Both the position numbers and the translations under genes were made by a program. Source: Bugula neritina (lineage: Eukaryota; Animalia; Bryozoa). From it: a stretch of DNA of 64,000 bases. Below the pieces are notes generated by a model. It saw only the letters and a program-made list of their open reading frames with translations, was not told the origin of the DNA and did not search any database. Location of the stretch: contig OZ037767.1 in NCBI GenBank assembly GCA_964035545.1, positions 13,253,801-13,317,800 of the forward strand, in the 5' to 3' direction. Below, piece after piece: positions 47,631 to 62,600 of this stretch. Numbering within the stretch: position 1 is the first letter of the stretch; each line of letters starts with the position of its first letter.

Positions 47631-49957
47631 GTATTATTTTGTCCATGCCACATCTGCTTGTGATTACTTTTACAAGTGTATAGCTGACTGCTTCATGGTT
47701 GCATGCTGATTCAAAACTATTTGAGCTTTGTCTTATCTTCAACTTGTTAAGAATTAATACACTGGCACTTATTTAGTAGCTTTAATTCTTTGTCAATTAT
47801 ATATCAGTTTAGAAAGTGTTTTACTTTTCTGCTATGGTCAGAATCCCAGGAAGCTTTGCAGAATCAGATGGGTCCAGTTCAGAAGACAGCTTTCCTTACA
47901 GAAAAAGGAACCCGTGTGGCCAGGTGGTGCTAACAGAGAGTGAGTGAACAAGTTACAATTTTTAACAGATGCATACATTGTTCACTTCAGAATAATACTG
48001 GCTAGAGCAGAAATACTTTACTTTTGATATCTGATTACAAAAAACTAATTTCTGACAATGCAGTAGTTCACCTAAATACATAGTATAAACCTTGTCATCA
48101 GCAATAGATGTGTTTAATTTATATATTACTGTAGGTATCAGTCAGAACCCAGCCACAAAGTTTGGAGAAATGACTTCTTAGTCTAATGCAGCTTCAAAAA
48201 AGATTTAGTATTGATCAACCATGATTTAACATCACTATTCTAATGCAGCACTCTATTTTATGTTACATCAGTCTTTTGTACTCTTTAAACATACTATAGC
48301 TTTTTGTATAAAACTACTATTTTTTTTAAAAACTATATTAATTAATTTGTACTTATGTACTCTGGCTATATTTTAATTTATTTTTAAACACACTCATAAA
48401 ACTACATTTTGTGTATAATGTAGTTTTTATAAATTTTATATTGTAAATTAATTAGTCAATGATATTTATGAATCTTGAAAATCACAGTATTTATTGCAAA
48501 TTATTTTACTAACTGCTTTAATTGTTTATAGCAATGTACACAGAAATAAAAGCTAATTACTGTAGCATGTTTGCTAGTTTTAAGTAATATATACACTATG
48601 TTTATAAAACAAGCTGAAAAGCTCACTTATAGTGTTTTATAAAAACTAAAACATTTATAAGCATGAAAATTATATCTGAATCTAAATTATTATTTGGAAG
48701 GAGTTGAGAGTTTTCCACCAATTAATGGAATATCATAGCTTTTAGTAAAGGAAAAGAAAGGGTTTTAGGGTTTGATGTTGGGCTTTGCCGACAGTTTAAA
48801 CAGTATTTGATTTAAAATACGCACAGGATGTGCATGTAGCTATATCTCTTCTAGACCACACAAGAAGTCTACTTATTTCAATGAGCATATTAAATTATTT
48901 AGTAAAATAACACTTTTGGTCTTAAAATTAAATGCGAGTAGGCTCATTTTTTGTGATTTATGTTTGGTAGATTGTATATTGAAGGATGACTACAACTTGT
49001 AAAATTTCTGCTTTATAAGTTATGTCAACTTGTTTAAGGATGGCTGAGTCATTTCACTTTTATGAACACTGTAGTGATGTATAAGTTGTGTCAATACTCT
49101 TTTTAGAAAATCCTTGTGCTGAGGAGGAAAAATGCAAACAGGAAATGCTGGTAGCTCTGTTGCTTACTGTTGCTTACAATATAAACAAATTACAGGATGT
49201 TTTGTGGTTTATTTTTAGGGTTTCCAAACCGTGTGAAAAGTTGTTTGTACTTGGAGTAAAACAGTTGCAGTATAAAGAGATTGACAACAGCTATAATGGA
49301 GTAATTTATTATTCTAATAAAAATATCTAGTTAGCTATGCAGTTGTCTTCTCATGCTATAAAACTGACACCCCACAGCTTATTATGTAGGAAGTCAATAT
49401 GAAGGATATGAACTCAATATGGGTGATCTCTGTGCCAGGGAGATAATCCTGGCTGTTTGCCAATATTTTACTGAAAGTATCGTTAGCTTTTTGCCCTTTG
49501 TTCAGCTATTTTTTGCTTTTTGTTATTTGATTTTTGGCTGGTACATGAAACCTTCAAGTTGTCTTATGATTGTTACTAGTTTCACTTGCCAGGAAAAGGA
49601 GCTGATATTTGTTAGTGTTGTTATAATTTTGAAGTTTTTTATTTTTGTTGATATTGAATATTTGAAAGTTACTTATGTATATGTTTTTGCACAAAACTAA
49701 CTATTTCCTTATATAGAGTACAAGACACAGAAAGAGCAATAAATCCAAAGATTAAAGATAATTATTGTTTTATGCTTGTTGCTATTCAATCCACTAAGCC
49801 ATTCCTGGCACAATCTCTCTGTTGATACTTTAAATTAAACACCTACATCAATACCAAGACAGCTTGCTGGTGACAAAAAGGTTATGAAGCAAACACTATA
49901 TGGTAATATAAGTCATCAACCAGTGAACAATAGCAGGCTAGATTTTCTTTTGTAATT

Positions 49958-51144
49958 GGGGTAACGGGGGCACAACGGTCATAGGGGTACAAAAAGCCGG
50001 CCAAATTGTGAGAGAACTTATGGACTTAGAGTTGTGATTTTTTTTTTCATAAAAAGATATTGGCATAATTATTCAGCCTTTGTAGTTTCAACACTTGCGG
50101 AACATACGTGTTGAAAAGGCGAGTAAAAAACTGTTTTTACCTACTTTTTGTAAATTTTTTAGGATGTCGTTAAAGCCTTATAACTTTTTACACTCAAAGG
50201 CTAAAAGCCTATATTTTACTAATGTTGTTGCCATTGCTTGTCTCTACATTGCTTAACTCGTATAACAGCAAACATTGAAATAAATTTTTCTTGAGGCACA
50301 TTTCTTTTCAATTTGGCCACACGGGGCACAATAGGCCACCTGATTATTGCACCCTGATCACTGTTACTAGTTTGTTTGCCCAAAAAGTTGGTTGAAATGT
50401 TACTAAAATCTATAGATATAGCCATTTCTGACCTGTTTGTAAAATATCCAAAACATCATGGTAAGATATCATTATATATCACATCATTGAGGGAATATAC
50501 ATGTATTTGACTGAAATAAATTGTGATTTGCTCATTTGCTCCCCCCTCTCCCTTCTGTACTCCAGTCACAAACCTCAGCCATGCATGCACCTTAGCTAAA
50601 GTACATAAAAAAAGTCCATTCGGGATTTTGTAGTACATGTTACTACAGTTCTTTTTAATAAACGTTCCTCTGAAGTGAAAATAACAGAACATTTTTAGTT
50701 CTAAACAGTAATGATAATGGCACTGCAGACCCGAGTGACGTGCATTTGATTTTGCCTTCCTCTGCTATCCGTAGTGGCACAAACTGTACAGCTAAAACAT
50801 GAATTTTGCTGTAGATATGAAAGAGTATCTTTATTTATTTGTAATATTAAATAAATAAAGATGAGATGTAACAAAATACGCAAAATTTCAATATATTTGT
50901 TATGTCCCACCCAGTGGCCCATTGTACCCCGGTACCGGGGCACAATGGGCCAATTTTTTCGTCATGAAAATTTCACTATTCTGAAAGTTGTGAGAGAGAT
51001 AGAAACAACAAACTGGTACCTGTAATAAACAACAGATGCAACATTAAGACTAGAAATTATTGAACTAGTAACTTGAAAAACAGACGAATGAGAGCAACAA
51101 ATGCAAAATTCAGCCCGTTGTGCCCCCCCCCCCCCCGTTATCCC
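49958..51144. mobile_element. Non-autonomous DNA transposon (probably Tc1/mariner-pogo type)
   Basis: TIRs ggggtaacgggggcacaacgg / ccgttgtgccc(c)ncgttatccc followed by TA on the right; internal ggggcacaa repeats; no transposase ORF. Confidence 0.75.
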
Positions 51145-54100
51145 TACAGAAGAAAACATTTGTTTTGTGTAGTTTATTTGAAATAGATGCTTGCTAGATA
51201 TTGCATTGCCTCTTTTAATGTAAAAGGAAAAGCCTAAAGTGGCGGAATTCGAAAGTTAAGATCGTTGTCAGAAATGTTTAACTCTCTAAACTCATAAGAG
51301 GTAATAGTAACAGGGAGATTATGAATGTCATAATTAGTTTTACCTTAAAGCATACTGCAGCCAAGTTCCAGGGATATTCACTATAAATATATGAGCTACA
51401 ATATATAGCCAGGCAGTGTAACTATACAAGTCAGAGCTGGCTTTGTCATTCATAAGACACAACAATCAGTAATATAATTCACTATATTTAGTACTTTTTG
51501 TTGCGTTTCTCAAAAATATTGCTATTTGCACTCAAAAAGACTTTGTCTGGTGAAGGGTAAAATATAATATTTTACTTGTACAGTATATCTACGCATTGAA
51601 TACACACACAATGTATTATACTTTATGGTTCAAACACATTTAGTATAATGGGACTAGTAGATGGCAGTAAACAACACACACGCACACTCGCACACACAAT
51701 ATATAGCCTATTATAATATTATCGTGCAGCAGTATATTATAATGTTGTTTTGATGATTCTAATTGTTACTTTTAGTTGCATTTAATGGACATGGACAGAT
51801 AATAATTCTTACCTATCTTGTAAGATACTAAGGCTACCAGAGAAAGTGGGAGGGGGAGGGGGGAGCATTTTATTGTATAGACCACTGAACTGAAACTATA
51901 ACCAATGGTATAGAGTATAGACTATTGATAGCAAGAGTTTAAATACATTGTGCACTAGATTGCTTATGTACATAGTTTTCACTTCCCTTTCACGGATCAT
52001 GAATAACACTCCCTTAAAAATTGACGTAGTTTTTTAAAACTATTTAGTACCTTTAAGAATATACAATACCTATGGGAACCAGCTAGCACATTTGCCTGGT
52101 ATAATATCAATAATGCTATGTCACAGACATACTCATATTATATGACATTATCTCAATGGTAATGAACTGAAACAATTAGCAGTTTTATCACACATGAAAA
52201 CAATAGTCACACATATTTATTATACTAACCATAATTTATAGCTCAAAAACAACATTAGTGTATCAGGTTGTGACAGTGACTGGGTGACTTAGATTGTGAT
52301 GTACTTTATTTATTAGCCAACTTGGCAACAGGTTCTTGAGTTTATTGACTATCGAATCGACCCTGGAAAAATGGGAAAATAGAAATTATATAAACTGCTG
52401 TAAGTAACAACATAAATTAAAAAGTTAGAGAAACATTAGCCATTGTAATCCAAATGAAACCCACAAAATTGATGCACGGATAAGATTTTTGTCATCTCAA
52501 TGTCAAAACTAGTGGTCTATTCAGAGTGTAAATGTTAGGGTATGAAATTGTGTGCTCATACAATATTGTTGAAAGAGGGAAGTTAATAAATGTTCCTCTG
52601 AGGCTGCTTGTTCTGAACACACTAGCCTGTGCTGTGCTAGGGACAGTAAACTATAGCAACAGCACTGCCAGCTAAGAGTAGCTTTTGGTGAATGTATTGG
52701 TAAAGCAAGAAAGCTTCAACTATTAGTGGCATACCAATACAATTAGCTTTCAGTTTCAAAGCTAATTGACATTACATTTATTGAAACTTATAAAAACATA
52801 GGAGCTTACACATAGACTCTTTAATTTCAAATGATCATTGTTTTAATTATCCGGCTGTGTAGTATTAAACACAATAGCATGTATGGGCTATTAGGTTTAG
52901 AATTTAGATAAATTGTAGCAATTAATTAGCTGTAACTACTCCGTGTACTCAATGCCTATACTTATAAAACCAACTTTATGCTGTGCTGCAGTAACAATAA
53001 AAAGATTTCAATGCAACATCTGACTGTTACTTGATTTTATCCCCTCATCTTACTAGTGGTAGCTTGAGACTTAGAGTTGTTTGTAGACCAGCACATACCT
53101 TTAAACTCATCCCACATCACCTCACATTATCTTATACTCACAATTCCTGTGAAGATCTTGTAAATATATTCGAGTCAGTAATGAAAACTTCTCTTAAATT
53201 CTGTAATTCTGTAATTGTAATAGATCAATTATAATATACCTATATATTATTAAGAATAGTGTGGGGCCTACTACAGATCTTTGTAGTACTCCACAGATTA
53301 TCTGTAGAAAATCAGAACAAGTGTTAATTACATTTCTCTTTACATTAATTAGAAACCATTGTTTTGTCACCTAAAATTTTTATGTTCTAGAAAAAACTTA
53401 ATTAACTTGTATTTTCTAAAAAATATAGTTTTCTTGTTTAAAATCTGTTTATTATCTAACTAAAAGTAAGTTGTGAAGAAAGTGGCTAGTAATCTCTTGA
53501 ATCAGGAATCAAAAGCATATGTTACAAAGTAGCAAGGAACGGAATGATTTGAGCTAACACCCTATTAACTGATTGGGTACAACTTTCAAAGAAGCCTTCT
53601 ATAGAAATTTGTGGTTGAGTTATAATAGGTGGTTTACAAAAGCAATGTTGTAGAGCAGACTACTTGTACATAGAAAAGGTGTTTGTGTTATGAGCTGGCA
53701 TTGAAGGAAAACCTTGCCTTTATATAGCATCTATAAATAGACCAACAAAAGGTTTTGTTTGATCTTTTGTTCGAAGCTTACAAAACATCAATTGTGTAAC
53801 TATATCATATGAAATTACTTTCCTCAAGCCACTGAAAGAAAAAAATGCTAATCCTAATATGTAGATGTATGGAATCTGGGAGACTCAAATTGAAAGATGT
53901 TGTTTAACAATTTTTACGTAATGCTTCAGCTTACATGAATTGAGATTCATTTTACAAATCTACACTCTTTAAAGTTGTATCAACTTTCAACTTTCGCATG
54001 ATGAGCTTGCATTTGTTGATCCAACAAAGCAATTTCCACCATTTTATTATGTCAATACATCCAATTACATGTTTAGTATCATTGACCTACTTTTATGCAA

Positions 54101-55960
54101 TAAACATACTCGAGGATAATAAATGAAGAAGTATTTATTACCTTGGTGGACTAATTCACTCTATCAGAAAGCTTATGTGGCTAAAGCTACACCATGTCAG
54201 TTCTCTAGTAGAAGTCTTCCAACCTTGCCACCTTCTGGAATGGAGGCAAAAAAAGTTTGTTTACACAGAAAGGACTATATTAAAAAGAACACAAGTGGAG
54301 AAACACATGAGTCGTGTTATCTGGTGTTATTCTTGTGATCTCTATACATGTCTTATCTCATATATTATAAGCATATAGATATAATGCCGTCTCAAAATGA
54401 GAGAACCTGTCAAATTTTATATATAAGTTTGAACATATTTGAAAAAAGACACGAAAAATAAAAAGTGCAGTGATTATACAGGATTGACTTTCAGTTACCA
54501 TTTACTTTGAGCTAGCTGTCTTGGGACCAAGCACTTTGAGCTGATTTGCTGATTCAAGCTCACGGGGATTATGTAAGGCCTGGAACCCTAGAGTAGCTTG
54601 AGCACTCTGGATGGTATTATAACACATTATGAAAGTTGTTTGGTAGACTCATTAGCTCGTTCTAGTACGAAGGTCAGGGCCGGGTACCCTGATTTGGAGA
54701 CGGATCAATAGTGCCTAGTATACTCATGCAAACACACACACAAACATACGACAAACTTGGTTTAAAGGGTTTGAGCTTTGAGGTTTAGGGTTTGCATGAA
54801 CCTGAAACGTACTAAGTACAATACAAAGAAGCCTAAACAATAGAAAAAATGATATTTTAACTTTGTTAAGCAACTTCATTCGGCCCGACTCTGAAGCAGC
54901 TATTGTATTCAGAGAGATTCCAATAACATTTAAAAGTTACAAATACTAATTCGAACAAGAATACAATTGAGTCGTCACACATTTCAAACATTTTAACCTC
55001 AGCAGATTTAAAAAAATGGATGAGATTTGTAAGCAGAAAATATTAAAATGAATAGACTAGATGTAGTTCTTTGCCAACAAAGGATGGCTAAGGGCAACTT
55101 TTTAGCTGTACCTGCCTTGCTGGGGCTGCATTATTAGTATATATAAGTTCAGTCCCTGCCAAATAAAACTTCACCTAATTGCGTTAGAATAAAAGTTTAT
55201 AAACCATGTTGTAAATCTTCCCGTTCCTCCAGGAAAGCATGGTATTTAACTAAAACAAACACTGTCCATACCCTGAAAAATGTTTGCAAAGCAACTTTTT
55301 TGACCATTTCAATAGGTTTTATAGATTTTCTATAAATTAGAAATTTATACACTAAATATGCTATATCTTTTCCTAAGTGATCACCAATGGGCAGCATTTC
55401 AGTGAACCTGTAGAGATGAGAAGATACTGATGCATACATTACATTAAAGGCCTACTAGCTGACAGGCTAATAGATAGCCTGATGAGTACTTTGTGTATAG
55501 AGCACCCATAATGAAATGCTGATAGAGGATGCAGCCCTAATTGAGGCAGCTGCTTATTGGTCATAGTGTAATCTCAGGCTAAACAGTTTCAAGCAGGCAA
55601 CACACATGCCACCAACATAGCACTAACATAACAAGAACTAGATGGTGAGCGAAATTTATGATGTTCTGATATGTGAGGATGCCTGTAACTATCATGTGAA
55701 CAGAGGTTGAGTGCAATGTATATATTGATGGATTTGGGTAATGCATATATGTCGCCATATAAAAAAGCATCAACTGTTGGCAGCATAATTACTGTGTGGC
55801 CAAACAATAGGTGTGTAAAAAGAATGAACGTGTAGCATCTGACTACAGCCAATAAATTACGAGGTGAGAAACTATTGATTGGAGAGAAAGAATGTAGCAT
55901 ACAAACACGAATACTTCATTCATTTCATACAAATGTTTATGCACATTTAACATTCAGTAC

Positions 55961-55996
55961 TATAAAAGGCTGAATAGCCTTCAAAAGCCTTTAGTT
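55961..55996 (+). promoter_or_regulatory. TATA box plus initiator of the mucin-like gene
   Basis: TATAAAAG at 55961 and TTAGTT at 55991-55996, canonical spacing of about 30 nt. Confidence 0.65.
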
Positions 55997-56092
55997 AACT
56001 TGATGCAGAGGAGTTATGAAAATTAATACTTTATCTCTTCCGACAACAGAAAGACATCAAGCTATTTGTGGGAGCATTACCAGCTAAACCAG
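55993..56092 (+). other. Putative non-coding first exon of the mucin-like gene
   Basis: Runs from the Inr to a CAG|gtaaaa donor; matching acceptor ttcgttgtag| at 56653/56654. Confidence 0.55.
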
Positions 56093-56654
56093 GTAAAAGG
56101 AAGATTGTAAAATATTATACGTTTATATTAATTGACAAAGATGAGTGCTTTAGATCATGTTGTTAAATAATGAAATGATAGAGGACATGCAGGCAATACA
56201 GTCTTGTTTGAAGTGTGAAGCTTGAAAAAGAAATTATACTTTTGTCGAATCTGTTGAAACATTCCAAATAGAAAAAAAGCCCCAAACACCTTCTTCAAAA
56301 AAGTAATTGATCAAACTCTATTAGGGTTTCACATGCCACTTCACTTGAAAAAAATTGCATGAAATCCAAAAAGTTGCATGAGTGCCATTTGCATATCTTA
56401 TGCAACATAAAGTAACGAAGTTGAAAGGAAAAACTGTGCCTGTAGGGAGATGCAAGGGTACGAGAATCAACATATTTGAGACATGAGTTTTACATCAACT
56501 AAAGAATGTTATTGTGAGAGAAGGCAATGTTCAGAGGGTGTAATATCGAGTTAAAATTTATACGGTAAACTATTTATTGGCAAAAATATGCGTAGCAGAT
56601 CTAAACTATGAAATCTATATTTACTTTGGTAACACCAAAAGTATTCGTTGTAGA

Positions 56655-59600
56655 ATGAAACACTTTAAAGTCATAGCAAAGATGATACTGCAGCTGGCTC
56701 TCACGCTGTTCATCCAGCAAGCAATGAATTCTAATGAAAGAAACAGCTTTGGAGTGCAAGCTACTACAACCACAGTACCAGCAACTACAACCACAGCCCC
56801 TGCAACTACAACCTCAGCCCCAGCACCTACAACTGCAGCACCAGCAACCACAACCACAACCACAGCACCAGCAACTACAACCACAGCACCAGCAGCTACA
56901 ACCGCAACACCAGCAACTACAACCACAGCCCCTTCAACTACAACCACAGCACCAACAACTACAACCACAGCACCAGCACCAGCAACTACAACCGCAGCCC
57001 CTGCAACTACAACCACAGCACCAGCAACTACAACCACAGCACCAACAACTACAACCATAGCACCAGCAACCACAACCACAGCGCCAGCAACTACAACCAC
57101 AGCACCAACAACTACAACCACAGCACCAGCAACTACAACCACAGCACCAGCAACTACAACCGCAGCACCAGCACCAGCAACTACAACCGCAGCCCCTGCA
57201 ACTACAACCGCAGCACCAGCAACTACAACCACAGCACCAGCAACTACAACCACAGCACCAGCAACTACAACCACAGCACCAGCAACCACAACTACAACCA
57301 CAGCACCAACAACTACAACCACAGCACCAGCAACTACAACCACAGCACCAGCAACTACAACCACAGCACCAGCAACTACAACCACAGCACCAGCAACCAC
57401 AACTACAACCTCAGCACAAGCAACTACAACCACAGCACCAGCAACTACAACCACAGCACCAGCAACTACAACCACAGCACCAGCAACTACAACCACAGCA
57501 CCAGCAACTACAACCACAGCACCAGCAACTACAACCACAGCACCAGCAACTACAACCACAGCACCAGCAACCACAACTACAACCACAGCACCAACAACTA
57601 CAACCACAGCACCAGCAACTACAACCACAGCACCAGCAACCACAACCACAGCACCAGCAACCACAACCACAGCACCAGACACTACAACCACAGCACCAGC
57701 AACCACAACCACAGCACCAGACACTACAACCACAGCACCAACAACTACAACCACAGCACCAGCAACTGCAACCACAGCACCAGCAACTACAACCACAGCA
57801 CCAGCAACCACAACTACAACCACAGCACCAACAACTACAACCACAGCACCAGCAACTACAACCACAGCACCAGCAACCACAACCACAGCACCAGCAACCA
57901 CAACCACAGCACCAGACACTACAACCACAGCACCAGCAACCACAACCACAGCACCAGACACTACAACCACAGCACCAACAACCACAACCACAGCACCAGC
58001 AACAACAACCACAGCACCAGACACTACAACCACAGCACCAGCAACCACAACCACAGCACCAGCAACTACAACCACAGCAACAGCAACTACAACCACATCA
58101 CCAGCAACTACAACCACAGCACCAGCAACTACAACCACAGCACCAGAGACTACAACCACAGCACCAGCAACCACAACCACAGCACCAGCAACTACAACCA
58201 CAGCACCAGCAACCACAACCACAGCACCAGCAACTACAACCACAGCACCATCAACTACAACCACAGCACCAGCAACTACAACCACAGCACCAGCAACTAC
58301 AACCACAGCACCAGCAACTACAACCACAGCACCAGCAACCACAACCACAGCACCAGCAACCACAACCACAGCACCAGACACTACAACCACAGCACCAGCA
58401 ACCACAACCACAGCACCAGACACTACAACCACAGCACCAGCAACCACAACCACAGCACCAGCAACTACAACCACAGCACCAGCAACCACAACCACAGCAT
58501 CAGCAACTACAACCACAGCACCAGCAACTACAACCACAGCACCAGCAACAACAACCACAGCACCAGCAACTACAACCACAGCACCAGCAACTACAACCAC
58601 AGCACCAGCAACTACAACCACAGCACCAGCAACTACAACCACAGCACCAGCAACTACAACCACAGCACCATCAACTACAACCACAGCACCAGCAACCACA
58701 ACCACAGCACCAGCAACTACAACTACAGCACCAGCAACCACAACCACAGCACCAGCAACTACAACCACAGTACCAGACACTACAACCACAGCACCAGCAA
58801 CCACAACTACAGCACCAGCAACTACAACCACAGCACCAGCAACTACAACCACAGCACCAGCAACTACAACCACAGCACCAGCAACTACAACCACAGCACC
58901 AGCAACCACAACCACAGCACCAGCAACTACAACCTCAGCCCCAGCAACTACAACCACAGCACAAGCAACCACAGCACCAGCAACTACAACCACAGCTCCA
59001 GCAACTACAACCGCAGCCCCAGCAACTACAACCACAGCACCAACAACTACAACCACAGCACCAGCAACTACAACCACAGTACCAGCAACTACAACCACAG
59101 CACCAGCAACTACAACCTCAGCCCCAGCAACTACAACCACAGCACCAGCAACCACAACTACAACCACAGCACCAACAACTACAACCACAGCACCAGCAAC
59201 TACAACCACAGCACCAGCAACCACAACCACAGCACCAGCAACCACAACCACAGCACCAGACACTACAACCACAGCACCAGCAACCACAACCACAGCACCA
59301 GACACTACAACCACAGCACCAACAACCACAACCACAGCACCAGCAACTACAACCACAGCAACAGCAACTACAACCACATCACCAGCAACTACAACCACAG
59401 CACCAGCAACTACAACCACAGCACCAGAGACTACAACCACAGCACCAGCAACTACAACCGCAGCCCCAACAACTACAACCGCAGTCCCAACAACTACAAC
59501 CGCAGCCCCAACAACTACAACTGCAGCACCAACAACTACAACCTCAGCACCAACAACTACAACTGCAGCCCCAACAACTACAACCGTAGCCCCAACAACT

Positions 59601-62600
59601 ACAACCGCAGTCCCAACAACTACAACCGCAGCCCCAACAACTACAACCGCAGCCCCAACAACTACAACCGCAGTCCCAACAACTACAACCGCAGCCCCAA
59701 CAACTACAACCGCAGTCCCAACAACTACAACTGCAGCACCAACAACTACAACCTCAGCACCAACAACTACAACTGCAGCCCCAACAACTACAACCGCAGT
59801 CCCAACAACTACAACCGCAGCCCCAACAACTACAACCGCAGTCCCAACAACTACAACCGCAGTCCCAACAACTACAACCGCAGCCCCAACAACTACAACC
59901 GCAGCCCCAACAACTACAACTGTAGCCCCAACAACTACAACCACAGCACCAGCAGCTACAACCGCAGCCCCAACAACTACAACCGCAGTCCCAACAACTA
60001 CAACCGCAGCCCCAACAACTACAACTGCAGCACCAACAACTACAACCTCAGCACCAACAACTACAACTGCAGCCCCAACAACTACAACCGCAGCCCCAAC
60101 AACTACAACCGCAGTCCCAACAACTACAACCGCAGCCCCAACAACTACAACCGCAGTCCCAACAACTACAACCGCAGCCCCAACAACTACAACCTCAGCA
60201 CCAACAACTACAACTGCAGCCCCAACAACTACAACCGTAGCCCCAACAACTACAACCGCAGCCCCAACAACTACAACCGCAGCCCTAACAACTACAACCG
60301 CAGCCCCAACAACTACAACCGCAGTCCCAACAACTACAACCGCAGCCCCAACAACTACAACCGCAGTCCCAACAACTACAACCGCAGTCCCAACAACTAC
60401 AACCGCAGCCCCAACAACTACAACCGCAGTCCCAACAACTACAACCGCAGCCCCAACAACTACAACTGCAGCACCAACAACTACAACCTCAGCACCAACA
60501 ACCACAACTGCAGCCCCAACAACTACAACCGTAGCCCCAACAACTACAACCGCAGCCCCAACAACTACAACTGCAGTCCCAACAACTACAACCACAGCCC
60601 CAACAACTACAACCGCAGCCCCAACAACTACAACCGCAGTCCCAACAACTACAACTGCAGTCCCAACAACCACAACCTCAGCACCAACAACTACAACCTC
60701 AGCCCCAACAACTGAAGCACCAACAACTGCAACTGCAGCCCCAACAACTACAACCGTAGCCCCAACAACTACAACCGCAGCCCCAACAACTACAACTGCA
60801 GTCCCAACAACTACAACCTCAGCACCAACAACTACAACCTCAGCCCCAACAACTACAACCTCAGCACCAACAACTACAACCTCAGCCCCAACAACTACAA
60901 CCGTAGCCCCAACAACTACAACCGCAGTCCCAACAACTACAACCGCAGCCCCAACAACTACAACCGCAGCCCCAACAACTACAACCGCAGTCCCAACAAC
61001 TACAACCGCAGCCCCAACAACTACAACCGCAGTCCCAACAACTACAACCGCAGCCCCAACAACTACAACCTCAGCACCAACAACTACAACTGCAGCCCCA
61101 ACAACTACAACCGTAGCCCCAACAACTACAACCGCAGCCCCAACAACTACAACCGCAGCCCTAACAACTACAACCGCAGCCCCAACAACTACAACCGCAG
61201 TCCCAACAACTACAACCGCAGCCCCAACAACTACAACCGCAGTCCCAACAACTACAACCGCAGTCCCAACAACTACAACCGCAGCCCCAACAACTACAAC
61301 CGCAGCCCCAACAACTACAACCTCAGCACCAACAACTACAACTGCAGCCCCAACAACTACAACCGTAGCCCCAACAACTACAACTGCAGCCCCAACAACT
61401 ACAACCGCAGCCCCAACAACTACAACTGCACTCCCAACAACTACAACCGCAGCCCCAACAACTACAACCGTAGCCCCAACAACTACAACCGCAGCCCCAA
61501 CAACTACAACTGCAGTCCCAACAACTACAACCTCAGCCCCAACAACTACAACTGCAGCCCCAACAACTACAACCGCAGCCCCAACAACTACAACCGCAGT
61601 CCCAACAACTACAACCTCAGCCCCAACAACTACAACCGCAGTCCCAACAACTACAACCGCAGCCCCAACAACTACAACCGCAGCCCCAACAACTACAACT
61701 GCAGTCTCAACAACTACAACCGCAGCCCCAACAACTACAACCGCAGTCCCAACAACTACAACTGCAGCACCAACAACTACAACCGCAGCCTCAACAACTG
61801 AAGCACCAACAACTGCAACTGCAGCCCCAACAACTACAACCGTAGCCCCAACAACTACAACTGCAGTCCCAACAACTACAACCTCAGCCCCAACAACTGT
61901 AGCACCAACAACCTCAGCACCAACAACTACAACCTCAGCCCCAACAACTGTAGCACCAACAACTACAACTGCAGTCCCAACAACTACAACCACAGCACCA
62001 ACAACTACAACCGCAGCCCCAACAACTACAACCGTAGCCCCAACAACTACAACCGCAGCCCCAACAACTACAACTGCATCACCAACAACTACAACCTCAG
62101 CCCCAACAACTGTAGCACCAACAACCTCAGCACCAACAACTACAACCTCAGCCCCAACAACTGTAGCACCAACAACTACAACTGCAGTCCCAACAACTAC
62201 AACCGTAGCCCCAACAACTACAACTGCAGTCCCAACAACTACAACCTCAGCCCCAACAACTGTAGCACCAACATCCTCAGCACCAACAACTACAACCTCA
62301 GCCCCAACAACTGTAGCACCAACAACTACAACTGCAGTCCCAACAACTACAACCACAGCACCAACAACTACAACCGCAGCCCCAACAACTACAACCGTAG
62401 CCTCAACAACTACAACTGCAGACCCAACAACTACAATCGCAGCCCCAACAACTACAACCGCAGCCCCAACAACTACAACCGTAGCCCCAACAACTACAAC
62501 TGCAGCCCCAACAACTACAACCTCAGCACCAACAACTACAACTGCAGCCCCAACAACTACAACCGTAGCCCCAACAACTACAACCGCAGCCCCAACAACT

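Noticed and set aside
49107-49151. Possible exon ENPCAEEEKCKQEML
   Set aside because: Good acceptor but weak donor and no demonstrable link to a gene.
54123-54378. Short ORFs near 54.1-54.4 kb downstream of TATA-like motifs at about 53.72 kb
   Set aside because: No recognisable homology or consistent exon chain; cannot be supported without transcripts.
56577-56654. N-terminal extension of the 2087-aa ORF, and its tail 62779-62840
   Set aside because: The extension starts at TTG and lies upstream of a splice acceptor; the tail follows a donor. Both are probably intronic.
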